A stretch of DNA of 63,994 bases, filler included, from Asterionella formosa (taxonomy: Eukaryota): the NCBI GenBank assembly GCA_002256025.1. It is 22 parts of 22 records of this genome, joined end to end, with 100 filler letters (N's around TTAATTAATTAA, not from the genome) between each part and the next. Parts side by side here need not be neighbours in the genome. Positions count along the whole stretch, not along the records: positions 1 to 27,120 come from NKIB01001590.1; positions 27,221 to 28,878 come from NKIB01001593.1; positions 28,979 to 30,637 come from NKIB01001594.1; positions 30,738 to 32,396 come from NKIB01001595.1; positions 32,497 to 34,155 come from NKIB01001596.1; positions 34,256 to 35,914 come from NKIB01001597.1; positions 36,015 to 37,673 come from NKIB01001598.1; 15 more parts are not named here. One strand, given 5' to 3'. Within the stretch, counting starts at the first letter, position 1; each line of letters opens with the position of its first letter. Position numbers and translations under genes: made by a program. Shown here in pieces: positions 24,625-37,773 of this stretch. The notes under the pieces are model-generated. The model saw only the letters and a list, made by a program, of their open reading frames with translations, was not told the DNA's origin and searched no databases.

Positions 24625-26766
24625 GCACTGCCATCAATTCACAACAATTTATTTACCTGCAAGCTAGCAAATAGAACAACATATAAATCTTATACAATTA
24701 CAGCTATAGTAGCTCTGGTATCTCCCACCTTTTGTCAATAAAGTCAACTAAGTCATGGCAAGACTCTGTCAATTCTCCATATACTGTGACATATGTGTAA
24801 AGGAATGATAAGAACTGAAGAATGGCACGCTTGATTGGTGTTTTCTGTTTAATGGTAGCAGTTTCTACTCGAAGTTCCCAGGATAACCTGAAAGTACGAG
24901 ATGAAACCACCTTTGAAATTGGGTATGTTCATGTGGTGTTATTAAAACCAATGAAAACATGGAATATGGAACCTTTTCATCATTTTTCCCTCTTCCCCAC
25001 ACTGACCTATAACTTCAACCAGAAATCACTAAAAGATTCATGTAAATATTGATGATAGAAACCAGTTTGATGACTTCCTAAATATCGACCTAGTATGACA
25101 ACTTGAACCAGAAATCACTATTAGCTTTACCTTGAAAGTATTGATGATCAGCAGTTTGGCTATTGCAGCAAACTGGCCAAAAAACGGTCTCGCGAATAAA
25201 GATTTCCTATGAAATTTTTCCTTAAACAGTTCCTTAATGTTGTGGAAACTTGAGTTTTCCGTGGTTAGAATTTTCCGAAATCGAAAATATTTTCAGTCAC
25301 ATCAGAAATTTTGTCGATTTTTCTGATGGCAAAATTCATTAGAAATTAAATGACACATCGGAATTCAATTTCAATTTTTTAAGATAGTATGTGTTTGCAA
25401 TAGCTCATTGAGATTGACGACTTTTCGTTTGTCATTGTAGAAGATTATGCAGAAGTAACAAAAGTAATTTTGTGATTAGAAAGCAATGAAACAATGCTAT
25501 TGTAGGGCAGCGGAAAAAAGCCAACATGTGAGCACTAAAACTTGCTGCCGAGATCTGATTTGAGATAGTGTAGGACACGTAGAAAACATACTACAAAATT
25601 ATGGTTAAAATTTAACGGCTGATCACATCTGACGAAAATACCGGTTCCATCGCGAGATGGAAGCCTAACTTTGACCTACCATAACGCTTTGAGTTTTAAC
25701 ACTCAACAACTGATTGATGTCACTTTTTAACAATCATTAATTTATTTATCACTACATATAAAATCTAGCGAAGGAGTTGACCGGAAAGGCTATCGGAAAT
25801 CAACAGAAAGGAGAACCGAAATTTTGGCGCCACTGTGACGAAGCAAGCACGATGCAACGATATGAATCCCATAGGAAATCGAATTATCCAACAACCAGCC
25901 AGATCCATTTGATGAGGAGTCAGTACTTGAGACATCAATGACCAGCTTTGTATACATCGGAGCATGCTGGAAGATAGCAGGGATGTATATAGTGGAATTG
26001 CCGTCGACACTTGAAAGAAAACCATCATTTCGTGCGTTCATGTAGCTCCACGTACTCTCGTCCAATTTCGGCAGTCGATTTTCCTTAAGTAAACGGCAGT
26101 CAATTGAGGGGCTGTAGATATCAGTAATCAAATTCCCTTAAATAAACGGCAGTCGATTTCGGAAAAAAAATCTAGGGGCCGTTGAAAATATTGAAGGTTG
26201 TTTGGCAGTCGAAAAACGGAGCATATGAAATATTCAAGATATGTTTTATATGATGGGCAATTGCAGGATTGAGTAATCCAAAAACTCTACATATCAAATA
26301 TCCAATATATGTTTTATATGATGGGCAATGGGTGAGTTCGTATCCAACATACAAACTATATAAAATAGGTTTTCAATGTTACCAGAAAGGGCAATGTAGT
26401 GGCGAAAAGCGCGCCGATAGCTAGTTTGTGAATTGCCTAGGTAATACCCTACCGTAATTGGTAAAATTAAACCCAAGTTGTATTTTCCCGTAGGCCTCTG
26501 TTATGTGTCTACTGGGTCATTTTAATACTGTCACGGTATTGATCTGAAAATACTAGTGGAAGCACCGTGTTACGACAGTATTTGCCAGTAGAAAAATTAA
26601 ACCCGGTTTAACTAGGGGTTTAATTTTTTGGTTTAATTAAACCTTGTAGGAATGTACTACATTTAGTACTAGCTAATAATACTCCAGTACTTCTACGCTG
26701 CTAAAAATTAAACCCATCACCATGATGATTGATGGTGGGAGTGAATACTAAAATAACGAGATTAGG

Positions 26767-27120
26767 ATGAACACCACAATGAAAAGAGTCAATGAGCCAC
26801 AGCAAGTTAGTGCCTACAGGAGTATCCTAGTGTCTATGATGTCCTACAAAGATGGCACAACATATGAAAATGGCTATGAGTTTAGTGATGAGCAGCTAGG
26901 TGAGATTATGCCCGAGGATGTATAAAAATGGATGGCAAACAAGGTGTATGGCCGTCCTGACCCTGGACATGATGACAATCCAACACTTGGACGTTCGAGT
27001 TCCCTGGAATATTACAAGAAGGCCTTGTCATATTTCATTCCTTACAGACTTGCCTCCTGGAATCCCATGACAAATTCTGGCAACCCAACAAGGTCTCAAC
27101 CCATCATAGACCTGATCAAA
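26767..27120 (+). pseudogene. N-terminal part of a Crypton (CryptonS-like) tyrosine recombinase, cut by contig end
   Basis: YRSILVSMMSY...EQLGEIMPEDV*KWMANKVYG...RSSSLEYYKKALSYF...WNP...GNPTRS resembles the oomycete/diatom Crypton core-binding region; in-frame TAA at 26923-26925. Catalytic residues lie outside the contig. Confidence 0.65.
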
Positions 27121-27696
27121 NNNNNNNNNNNNNNNNNNNNNNNNNNNNNNNNNNNNNNNNNNNNTTAATTAATTAANNNNNNNNNNNNNNNNNNNNNNNN
27201 NNNNNNNNNNNNNNNNNNNNCCTGGAACTGTGCATACCCAGGATGTCCTTCCCAACATCAACCAGTTTTTGCGCAGGTGCTGGGCAATGCGGTTGAGTGG
27301 TATAAATCCTTGGGATTTGTACACTGCAATCCTATTCCTTGGATGGATAGGATCAATCATCCTCTTGAAAACCTTCTCATGATGAGAGGAAGAACAAGAA
27401 CAATGGCGATGTTGATTCATACAATTATGGACCTGCTGATATGCCAGAACCAGCAAATTTCGAGACCTTTCCTATCGTGCGTTTGCGAACAAATATAGCT
27501 GGGAGTCTTCTTTCAGCCACTCACTATGATCTTCTTGATCATCAATTGGAAGAGCAAGCCTATGTGTACTCGATGTTTCTTCCCATTGGGGGTTTCATCT
27601 ACAAGCAACCAAAAGGTATGTTTGTTTACTATATATGCTGTATTCATATATTCATTCACACATTTCTTTTTTTGCATTCATCGCCTGACAGAGGTG

Positions 27697-28878
27697 ATGA
27701 ATGCGAAGGCAGCTATCAGGTCAGAGTATGCCCGCTTGGAAGCGCCTTCTTATGCGCTCGGAAAGCGTGCGAAGAGAGGCACTTTGCAGAAGGCTGCTTC
27801 TATAGTTACAGCAGGATCAACACAGGCCCAATCCCAAGTGTTGCAGAAGAGTGTTCCAAAGAAAGCTGCAAAGACGAGGATGAAGGCTCCTCCAAGAACT
27901 GTTGCTGCAAAAGCTGTTGCACTCAAGCCTTCTGCCAAGGCTACTCCCAAGCATGATGCTACCAAAGCCATCACATCCAAGGCAGGTGCTTACAACGCTG
28001 CGAAGTCAACACCCAGGATCCGAGATGTTGTATCAATGCCTGTAACTAATCCTTACGAAGAATCTGAATCGGACTGCAAACCAGCCGCGATTCCCAACAA
28101 GTTGCTTGCTGTGCCAATAATCAAGAAACGATCGAAGGCTACCTGGCCCCCTTCTAGTTCCATTTCCAAGAAATCACGAATTTCTTCCAAGGACAATGAT
28201 GTGATTAGTCTAACAGATGATGATAGTAGTGAGTCAAAGGCAACTGCCTCAAAGAATGACCTCCTCCATTGTGTCAATCCTGAAATACCTTCTGTTGTCA
28301 ATTTCGATAAAAGTAACCAGAATGTGATCAAGCTGGAACTCATCCTGTCCCACCATGGGATAAGGTCGAAACAATTTGACCTAGCAGGAACTCTTGCTTC
28401 ACGCCGAGCAATCACCACTCAAAGGCTCAGCTCTCAAGGCAGTTTCAAGGGTGTCACTAACACAGCAAATATTTCAAGCTTGCTCTATCAGGCTGATGCA
28501 GCCTACCACCAATTTTGTCAGGAGTGCTTGCAGTATGCGGAACGAGTGTTGTCCCCGTCGTCAAATGAAGATTTGACGAAAAATAATAGCAAGTCGCCTC
28601 TCACTGGGAACAAGGGTGTGGAAGAGAGTGCAAAGTGGATGCACAGTTTTCAAGATCCTACTTTTGGCGTTTCCAACAGGTTTGACTCACAGAGAATTGT
28701 TGATGTTCAGGTCCTACCTTCACCACCTTTGACCAACATTAACAATGAGGGGCGTAAAAACATCGAGCAAGAAACCTTGATTTCTTCCAAGGAAAAGAAC
28801 ATTGTAAAGGCCAAAGAAGCTGTGGTCCCAACTCACCAGCTTTGCTTAACAATATTTCTAGTCCAGTCAAAAATCCTG
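27697..28878 (+). CDS. Hypothetical protein fragment with Lys/Ala/Pro-rich low-complexity region
   Basis: Long open frame to the contig end (KKAAKTRMKAPPRTVAAKAVALKPSAK); possible upstream intron starting gtatgt at about 27616. No family recognised. Confidence 0.45.
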
Positions 28879-29519
28879 NNNNNNNNNNNNNNNNNNNNNN
28901 NNNNNNNNNNNNNNNNNNNNNNTTAATTAATTAANNNNNNNNNNNNNNNNNNNNNNNNNNNNNNNNNNNNNNNNNNNNCTTTGTGGGGGAGCATTACAAT
29001 GCTTGACTTTGCAAAAATTATATCCAAGTATGTATGGCAAATAATGATGACCAAAATGCAATGCATTTGAGATACAATCACCCTGCTTCCTATTCTTTCC
29101 CCTGACGATGTTCCTGAACAGAAAGTAGGTATAGTGGTAGATAAAATGAGGATCAACAGGAGCGATCTTAACAGAGATACAATGTAATTTTATTGACTGT
29201 TCAAAAAAATGAATCTTTGTTACATTGATATATTTCACAAATTTATCTCAGTAACGGCAAAACAGTTAGCCGTTTCTTTGTGTTTCCACAAACATGTGTA
29301 TCAGACTCAGCAAGATATAACAATGTGCGTTTCAATTATACAACCTGTCTGATGATCATCATAACTCAAACGGGGATCAATCAGAAGAATCTGACAGTTG
29401 GGCTGTCATTGACATTCTTGATTCAGAACAGGAAATACAAGAACAACAGAGCGTTCTGTTTCTTGCAGCAGTTGCATCATCATTTTGAATCCTATGGTCG
29501 AAACTCGAACCCAGTGATA

Positions 29520-29630
29520 TCAGCAAAATGGGAGCATCAATGACTTGACTGGAATGATCATATCACAAAGCTTCTCCATGAGAATAAGTTTACTATCGCA
29601 TGTACTTGTTTCAAGCTTTCAATCACCTAC
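29520..29630 (+). pseudogene. N-terminal remnant of a PIF/Harbinger-type transposase
   Basis: KWEHQ*LDWNDHITKLLHENKF...AFNHL resembles the N-terminus of stramenopile Harbinger transposases; truncated by the repeat at 29632. Confidence 0.4.
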
Positions 29631-29631
29631 A

Positions 29632-29875
29632 TCTACAACGCCGATTATTGGTACAGCCGCAAGAAAAAACGCTAGTAAAATATGATCTCCCAAATTAAAA
29701 ATTTGGGTGGCCCACTATGACAAATTGAGCTACATACATAATTTAAGGTTATGACATTAAAAATAAAATGTGATGCATCGTAGAATATATTTGATAGGAG
29801 TGAAGTAAAATAGTTTCGAAAACTTCCAGAAAAATGTATAAACCCACATAAATTTTGGGGCAAACTAAAATATTT
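29632..29875 (+). mobile_element. Non-autonomous AT-rich repeat element (copy 2)
   Basis: Homologous to 140-386 on the opposite strand with the same terminus. Confidence 0.75.
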
Positions 29876-30397
29876 TTGTGTGCCTGATCATATAATTTCT
29901 GTATCAACGACCACAATTATTGTTTGCAGCAATCAACTATAATTTCTATGAAGAGCAAAGTAAAACGGCAATGCTATTGCAATATTAATGTTGTGGAAAT
30001 ATCTACTAGAACTATATTTACATTATATGACTAGTAGGTGCTACCAAGCAATAGAAAGAAGAAAAATCGTTGAACAGAATGCTGATATAGAATCACTGCT
30101 TTGCCTGCTTGCGTTGGCAACCTAGAAAAAATCATTATAACACAACCTTGTCTTGACGCACAGCATTAGCTGCTGATTCACTACCACCTGGTGGTCACGG
30201 ATGATTGTTGGATGAGAAACAATGATTCCTGCAAGTATTCTAGAGATAAATAAATTAGAATTTCGAAATTTATAACAATGGCAAAGCAAAAAACCAATCA
30301 TTTTGGTACTTACTTTATTTTATATTGGATCTGTCAAAAAGCGTTTTAGTTTCTGAGGAACAAGCTAGACAAGAACTGGTGTGAGTTTTTGCAATGA

Positions 30398-30637
30398 ACA
30401 AAAGGCAAGGCATAAATGAAACAACAATCATGACATAAATAGCGGAAATCTCTACGAAAATTGAGAACGACGCTATCCTATTTGTTACATATATCAAGCA
30501 CAACATAGACAATAGAATCGTAAATCAATTATTTTTATTACACTAATATTGACCACGAAAGCTGAAATCGCCGATGGCACAATTTCTAATTAATCTATAG
30601 CTGCACAATTCAAAACGACGCTGTTGCAAACAGATTT
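30398..30637. repeat. Dispersed repeat shared with the 48324-49980 contig
   Basis: aaatagcggaaatctctacgaaaattgagaacgacgct, aatcgccgatggcacaattt and caaaacgacgctgttgc(a/g)aacagattt recur at about 49075-49278; acaaaaggcaagg recurs at 48324. Confidence 0.8.
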
Positions 30638-31144
30638 NNNNNNNNNNNNNNNNNNNNNNNNNNNNNNNNNNNNNNNNNNNNTTAATTAATTAANNNNNNN
30701 NNNNNNNNNNNNNNNNNNNNNNNNNNNNNNNNNNNNNTGACTCAACACTGCGAAACTTCAAGGCGGCAGAGACAATGACGCAAGTCATGAGAGAACTGAA
30801 TACTTGCCCGACAAGGAAAGAAAGGGTAACTGGCTGATAAAAGACTGTCATGAGCGATGGCGTAAGTGATGATGAAGGAAAAGGAAATGGAAGCAAAATC
30901 AACCGCAATATATTTGGATAACCTCAGGGTTAAGGTTGTTGCATTTGAACCCCTAGCTCGAGGTAGGTTTTATAAAATAATATTGAGTCAGACTAATCAA
31001 ACACATACTCTCGTGATATAAATCAAATATGTATAACGCTTAACGGAGCTTTCACCAATACACACCCTTTCCATATGCTTGCATACAGTCTTCGGACAAA
31101 GTAGGGGGTCTAGGTCCATTCTAAATATCGTCAGTATAAAGGAT

Positions 31145-31279
31145 CTGGTCAGAAACTGCAGAAGGGAACTTCGGTTTTTTAACTACCGGGGTATGCTAAA
31201 TAGACTCGAAAACTCGGGGGAAATCTGTTTATTTGGCATAGTAAAAAAACCGAAGTTCCTTTCTGCAGTTTCTCGCCAG
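31145..31279. repeat. Long imperfect inverted repeat (hairpin)
   Basis: agaaactgcagaagggaacttcggtttttt (from 31151) pairs with aaaaaaccgaagttcctttctgcagtttct (to 31273); inner pair tatgctaaata / tatttggcata. Confidence 0.85.
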
Positions 31280-34255
31280 AAGTTACCGTATACCGGAATA
31301 CTGATGCTATTTGAAAGTTACCTATGTATCTAAATCGCCGTTAGACCCAGCCAACGTTTAGCTATCGTCGTCCAAAAACTCGACAAAATCGGCCTTTTCT
31401 ACGGTCGCAAAAACATCGGAATCAGAATTATTATGTGCCGAAACGTCATCATCGGAATGGTAGTCGTGTGCCGGAATTTTTAGTCCTAAAATCTCCAGTA
31501 GATTATCATCGCTGGACATCCGCGTACCGTTATCTTTTGTTTTCGTGTATCACGGAATTTGAATTTTTTTTTAAATGTATCAGCAACGGTACTCGATTTG
31601 AACTGAATTTCATTAATTCCAAAAGTGACACTGTATCACTAATTTGTATCACAGTGTATCGTGGAGTAACAAGGACTGTCAACGGTGACAGGCCAGCTAC
31701 GAGCATATAGATAAAAATTAGCAGTAATATGCATACGCGTAGCTTAAATAAAAATAAGAACCGGAATATAATAACAAATATCACATCATCTTACGGAGCC
31801 TGTGCGGTACATGCTACCAGCCCCTGGTACCAGGTATTGAGAGACTCGTCAACATGTTGTCGTCAACACATTGACCATGTCGATAATCAGCTATTTCTCC
31901 ATCAAAATGGCAAAGGAGTCGCTGCGCTTTTGCGGTCTAAGATATCATTGTACCAACGATGCAATAGAAAAGGAAATATAGATATATCTTCAAAATTGCA
32001 TAAGAAATTATAAATCAACAATGTAGAAGACCATTCGTCATTTTAAATGATTGCAAACAGAACTATTGATTTGTTATGACCACAAATATACTTGGAAACA
32101 AAATTTATTGGTTAAACTACCGGTAGTTTCATGAATTAATCTACTTTGAGCTTGGTTCCGAGTTTCAGTCTGCAATAAATTACCAGCTTTTGACTTTCTC
32201 TGTCAGCATTAGGTTGAGAATAGAATTTCGTAAATAATTCCATGTTGACACAATTAATTTATAGACGAACCCGCTTACTATTTATCAGAAACAGCATACT
32301 GTGTTGCCAAGGTGTTCTCTGCTTGGTCACCCAGATTCCAATGCATTGGCAGATCAAGTCCGCCAGAGTTGCTATAGGCTCTGTCACTTGTATGTANNNN
32401 NNNNNNNNNNNNNNNNNNNNNNNNNNNNNNNNNNNNNNNNTTAATTAATTAANNNNNNNNNNNNNNNNNNNNNNNNNNNNNNNNNNNNNNNNNNNNCGAT
32501 AAAGTCAACCATGGAGAACTCAACGAACGGCGACAAGAAAAGAAAGCGAACTAATGTTGCAGCAAAGAAGAATGCTAGCTAATGCTGCTACCGCGACGAA
32601 GAAAGGACGATAGGAGGGACTACTATGCGAAACGACAGCCTTTGTTACATTTTCGGTTTGACTGCAAACCATTTCCCTCTTCGCTGTTCTTTCTACTCTT
32701 AGCTAAGTTGTTCCAGTGCAGCGATGCTACAGGCATGTGCCTGTATGCAAGGATATTCAAGACCAGATGAAACGAATGCTCTAATACCGGTAGTTCGGGT
32801 CCTTCATTTGCCTGATGTAGAAACTGGTCAAAACCATTGTCTACTAAGTGTCAAAACTGCTAATTCTCAGGAGTACAATTCACTCAAGTAAAGTGTAGAT
32901 AGTTACCAGTCTAGAGCGTTGGAGTGACAATAGCTTGGAAGTAGGAGTACCTAGTACCAGGCACTTTCGATCTCTCGTCATTGTCGACTGATGTCTCTGA
33001 CCTATGTGCAGTATGCCCCTCTTCCCCAGCACTAGCGCTGTTACATCATACTACCGGTAAAGTTGCCTCGTTTTGAACTTTTCCAATATCTAATGGCTCA
33101 GGTAATGAATGTTGACATCGTACCGGTAAGTGCGCAACAAAAGAATGGTTGTTCCCGACGTTGTAATGTCCCGAACATCGCTCCAGCGACATGCTCAATC
33201 ATTGTACTGTTCTTGATATGAAAACAGGACCCATTGATGACCTACGTGAAACAGACCTTTGTCTGCGAGGTATGATAAATATGGCTTCTTCGAGGAAGCA
33301 CGTCCGTTCCAGTCAGTGCCTCACCCTGCACATCCAATTGAGTAATATTTCCAGAAAAACCGAATGACTGCAGGAGTGATTTACCAGTAGATTTGAATTT
33401 AATTATGATGGACACAGAGTATGATATGTACACCTATCCCATGCCATATTCTGATTGGCAGGATAGCTTCACCTTCATTAACAAGGATGCGGTATGCTAG
33501 TTAATTTGACAATAACATTTCCAAGAGTCAATGGGCTGTACCCGTTAGGGTCCCTCATCGTCATGGCTTCGTCATCATGTGTCTTAATTTAATTTGTCAC
33601 TTCTACATACCCCGTCGGACACTTGAGTACCTGGTATGATAGATACGTACATATTGTCATTCAATCAATAAATTCGAATTCGGACTATATCCTTCAAACC
33701 CACCTTATTGATGCCTGTGGACGAGTGTCACATTGTTTGCCGCGTCGTAGAGATGGTACATACCAATAAACAACAATTGATAGTTCATACGATAAATATG
33801 TGCTGTGACTGCTATAATAGTATCATCATTACTGAAAGACCTGTGTTGAGCTATGAAACACGACTAAGTTTACGAATAATAGAACAGAACTCCTTCTTTT
33901 CTTCACTTCTCATAACGAAACAAATGCCCCGCCGCGCCGCCCATTCCCAATCAACAAAATATCATGAAACGGCAAATACTTTCTCCGGACCTTTCCACCT
34001 CCAGCTTCACTGTCCGGTCCATCAACAAGGACGCCGAAGCCTTGACGACGTTCAACAAAGCTGGAAAGAAGCGCGTTCGATGGGCCAAGCAACTTGAGCA
34101 GATTCACTTCATCCCTTCCCGCCATTGGTTGCTACAAGAATCACGATCACGATCANNNNNNNNNNNNNNNNNNNNNNNNNNNNNNNNNNNNNNNNNNNNT
34201 TAATTAATTAANNNNNNNNNNNNNNNNNNNNNNNNNNNNNNNNNNNNNNNNNNNN

Positions 34256-35914
34256 TTGAGACTCTTCCAGACCTTGTAGTTCTAACATTTGGGTCTGAGT
34301 CATCCTGAGTGCTTGGATTGACTTCTAACATTGCCTCTTCATTTTCAGTTTCATTTGCTGGCTCTTCATCCTCATCTTGGATTTCATCTGAATTCATTTC
34401 AATATTATTCTCATTGTTGCCCTCGTCAGGTTCAGGGTCATCCTCTTGAGTATTGTCATTTAATTCGAGCTGTTCTGCTTCATATATTTCATCCGGAGTC
34501 ATTTCGTCATAGTCTTCTTCTCCAAGAATTTCATCATTGCTTTCGTTGTCACTAGCATCTTGATCTTCATAATCTTCATCTTGTGCATCTTCAAATGCTT
34601 CATTATCATAATCCACTCCTGCAATCCAAGCACTATCATAAAATAGTTGCCCCGTTCGATTTGCTATCTTGAGACCATCTGGCATATTTTCCTGCACAGC
34701 AAGGGCGTGTACTTGATTCATGATTGCTGGGGTAAGTGGTAGAGGAGTAATTGTTCGTCTAGTGATCAATGAATTTGTAGGTAGGTGTAACAATTCATGA
34801 CCTCCTTGCACATTGTCATTGTAGCGTAGAAAAATGCAATCTAGGCTGCGAGGTGCATTTGTGTTTGAAAACACAGGTTCTTCATGTGCTTGGACATAAG
34901 TGCCAAATGTATACTGGCAATGTCGAGCATAGTCCAGGTTTCGTTGATGTAAAATCATACGAGGACTGTAATACGGGGATATCCCGTTCTTTGCCGGAAA
35001 GAAATTCAGTTTCCTTGCAGATTCTGTGACTAGAATCTTAATCATCAGTCGCGGCAAATGTTTGAAAGGTAATCGATGATAAGCTGCGCGCACGCGTTCT
35101 TTAATCACTCGATTATTTCGCTCCGCTTCGGGAACATGTTCTTGTGGGTTTGCGTAGTTCATAGTGACTTGAAATTTATTGGAAATTTGTTCCATCAAAG
35201 GTCGAAACTAGTTGTCACAGTGGATTGTTGTAATTTTAAATCCTCCGGTATTATAAACACGGAATACTTGAATCAAAGCATCTCGATAGACTTCAGCTGT
35301 CTGATTCTTGACCCATTGCGCTGTCCTATACATAATGTTTCGAGAAATTGTTGTGAGAAATGATTGTCCATTGACTTTCATTCCATCCATGCAAAGAGTC
35401 ACTTCGCGTTGAGCTTGGATAAGCTCCTTAGGAATCTCGATGTAGTCGTTCACGACTGGCAGCGGCTTGCGACGAGTTGTCTTGCCTTTTAGTGTTCCGA
35501 TGTCAGGTCCAAAAATTTTCTCTGCAATTTTGATATCATTGGTAGTCACTGGATTATTGTTGATCGTATTCATATGAATTATTGCATTGAAATCATTAAT
35601 TGATGGTGTACCCAAGGCATGAAATAGATCATGAGCTTGCTTAGCTCTCTGAAATTGACGTTCAGTGTAAAATGTTTTGTTTTCTTCAAGTGTATTTAAC
35701 ATTTGAGCATTCTCCACTCTAATTCTTGTAGTTGGCTTGAAAACATATAAGTTCATCCCAATTCTTTCAAATCGAACTGTTTTGTCTGGCAAATGAACAA
35801 TGAATGCATCTTCTTTCTCAGAGTCATAGGTAATTCTGTACCTATCTGCCATTTCGGCATAACTGAAGATGTTTGTGATAGCCTTTTCATTAAACCATAC
35901 TTCTCCCCATTCTG
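34256..35914 (-). mobile_element. Copia (CoDi-type) pol fragment, integrase region, copy A
   Basis: ALGTPS, LCMDGMKVNG, IHCDN(E), QEHVPEAERNNRVIKER, FGTYVQAH, TTRSGRVS; TAG stop at 35208-35210. Confidence 0.9.
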
Positions 35915-36059
35915 NNNNNNNNNNNNNNNNNNNNNNNNNNNNNNNNNNNNNNNNNNNNTTAATTAATTAANNNNNNNNNNNNNNNNNNNNNNNNNNNNNN
36001 NNNNNNNNNNNNNNATATTTTCCATGAACATCAGTTCAACAATTCCACTTTGTTCACTT

Positions 36060-37216
36060 CCCCGAAGTGACTAACCTTGTGGAACTCCAGCCAAAACAAG
36101 AAGATTGGACTTAAAGCTGATCTCCAACTGCCTGCTCATGGCAGTTGTCCTTTGATGAACAACTATGTCATACAGGCTGTTGAACCTGGCATATCCCTTT
36201 GCGTCCCAGCCACCATATCTCTTTCCCTGTCCTTCAGTACCGGTATAAACGTATTTTGGTGCAGGAGTATCATCTTCATGACCTTTCATCATTGCCTTCA
36301 ATTCTCCAAGACCAACAATGAAAAAACCTCGTCAGAAACACTAACAATGTCACTGACATGCTTCTTAGGACACTGTTGTTTCCAAGACAGCTTTCGCCCA
36401 ACCCTGGAATAAAAGTACTCAACTAGAAGGAAGAAAGGATGATTCTTGGTTCCTTCTCCATCACCTGTCTTCTGAATAGAAACAGAACGGCTGTTGGAGA
36501 TGGTATGCTTATTCAGATGAATGTGCATACCATCACGAAAAAGTCCTGAAGTTTTGTAGATTGGAATGGAATGTTTTGTAAGTAGTAAACAATGAGTATG
36601 TTAACCAGCAAGTCAAGAACAAATCAGGCATACCACCAAGTCAAGTTGTTTACTTACTAGCAAAGGCATGTTTGAGATTGGTAACAACGGCATTTCTTTT
36701 CTCAGACATCACTTTATTAATATCATTCTTATATGTCTGCCAAATTGACTCGAAGTCCTTATCGATTCCCATGAATAGACTTGGGAAATGAGCACGAAAT
36801 GAGAGTGCCAGACTAGTTGGTCCCCTTTCATCAAGTTCAATATCACCTGTGATAAACTTGACTTTTGGGAAAAGTTCAAGTTTGACCCATTGACCAACAT
36901 TCAATCTCTTTTCTACTTTTCTTCAACTCAGATTGAAGAAACTCTAAGGAAAGGTTTTTTCAATTCCCTTGTGATCAGAAATAGTCGAAATGTTTTTCTT
37001 ACCATCAGTTGATGAAATGAGACTTTCATCCTCGTCACTGAAGAAATCGCTGTTCTCTGCTCCAGGAATAGAGACTCCATTGTCGCTTTCACTGTCGGAT
37101 GCAGAGGAAGCCTCAGCCTGAGACAGCTCCTGAATATGTTTTGACATGATATCCGAAATAGCTTGCCAGAGATTTATAGGAATTGGATCTCGAACAATCA
37201 CTGATTGATCACGCAT
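36060..37216 (-). pseudogene. Uncharacterised multi-exon gene relic, probably transposon-associated
   Basis: LFPKVKFI...KRNAVV, then an intron (gtaagt at about 36654), then SVSDEVFSLLVLEN*, PKY...GGWDAKGYARFNSLYDIV; in-frame stop and frameshifts. Confidence 0.5.
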
Positions 37217-37773
37217 TTATTCGCAAAAGTGGACATTTTCCCTTTGCAAATGGCCATTGTTACTGGTCTACCGGTCTACCGGTAGTCTGCTACACTAATA
37301 ATAATCAAGCATCATCACCTTCAAAATTCAACAGTTACTGAATGGCGCGACAGTAAAAGTACTTGCTAGCTACTAGTAGCTACTAGCAGCGATTCAGGGA
37401 AATTATACGCACAAACAAGGACAAGGTATTGTATATAGTACATCCGAGTATTTGTCTTGTACTATTTATCTAGTAGGGACTATATGCAGGTAGGATTCGG
37501 ACACAAAAACATTGCAACTAGCTACTACTGGCTTCCTGCCTGTTTGTTGGAACAGAAAAACTGCCAGCCATCCTCACGTGACTCTATATTTCTCTAATAA
37601 TTGCACTTTTTCGCAACAATTGCGTTACTCTCCTCTTCTCTCTTTCCTTTCTCCCTTCGAGACTTCTTTCTCGNNNNNNNNNNNNNNNNNNNNNNNNNNN
37701 NNNNNNNNNNNNNNNNNTTAATTAATTAANNNNNNNNNNNNNNNNNNNNNNNNNNNNNNNNNNNNNNNNNNNN

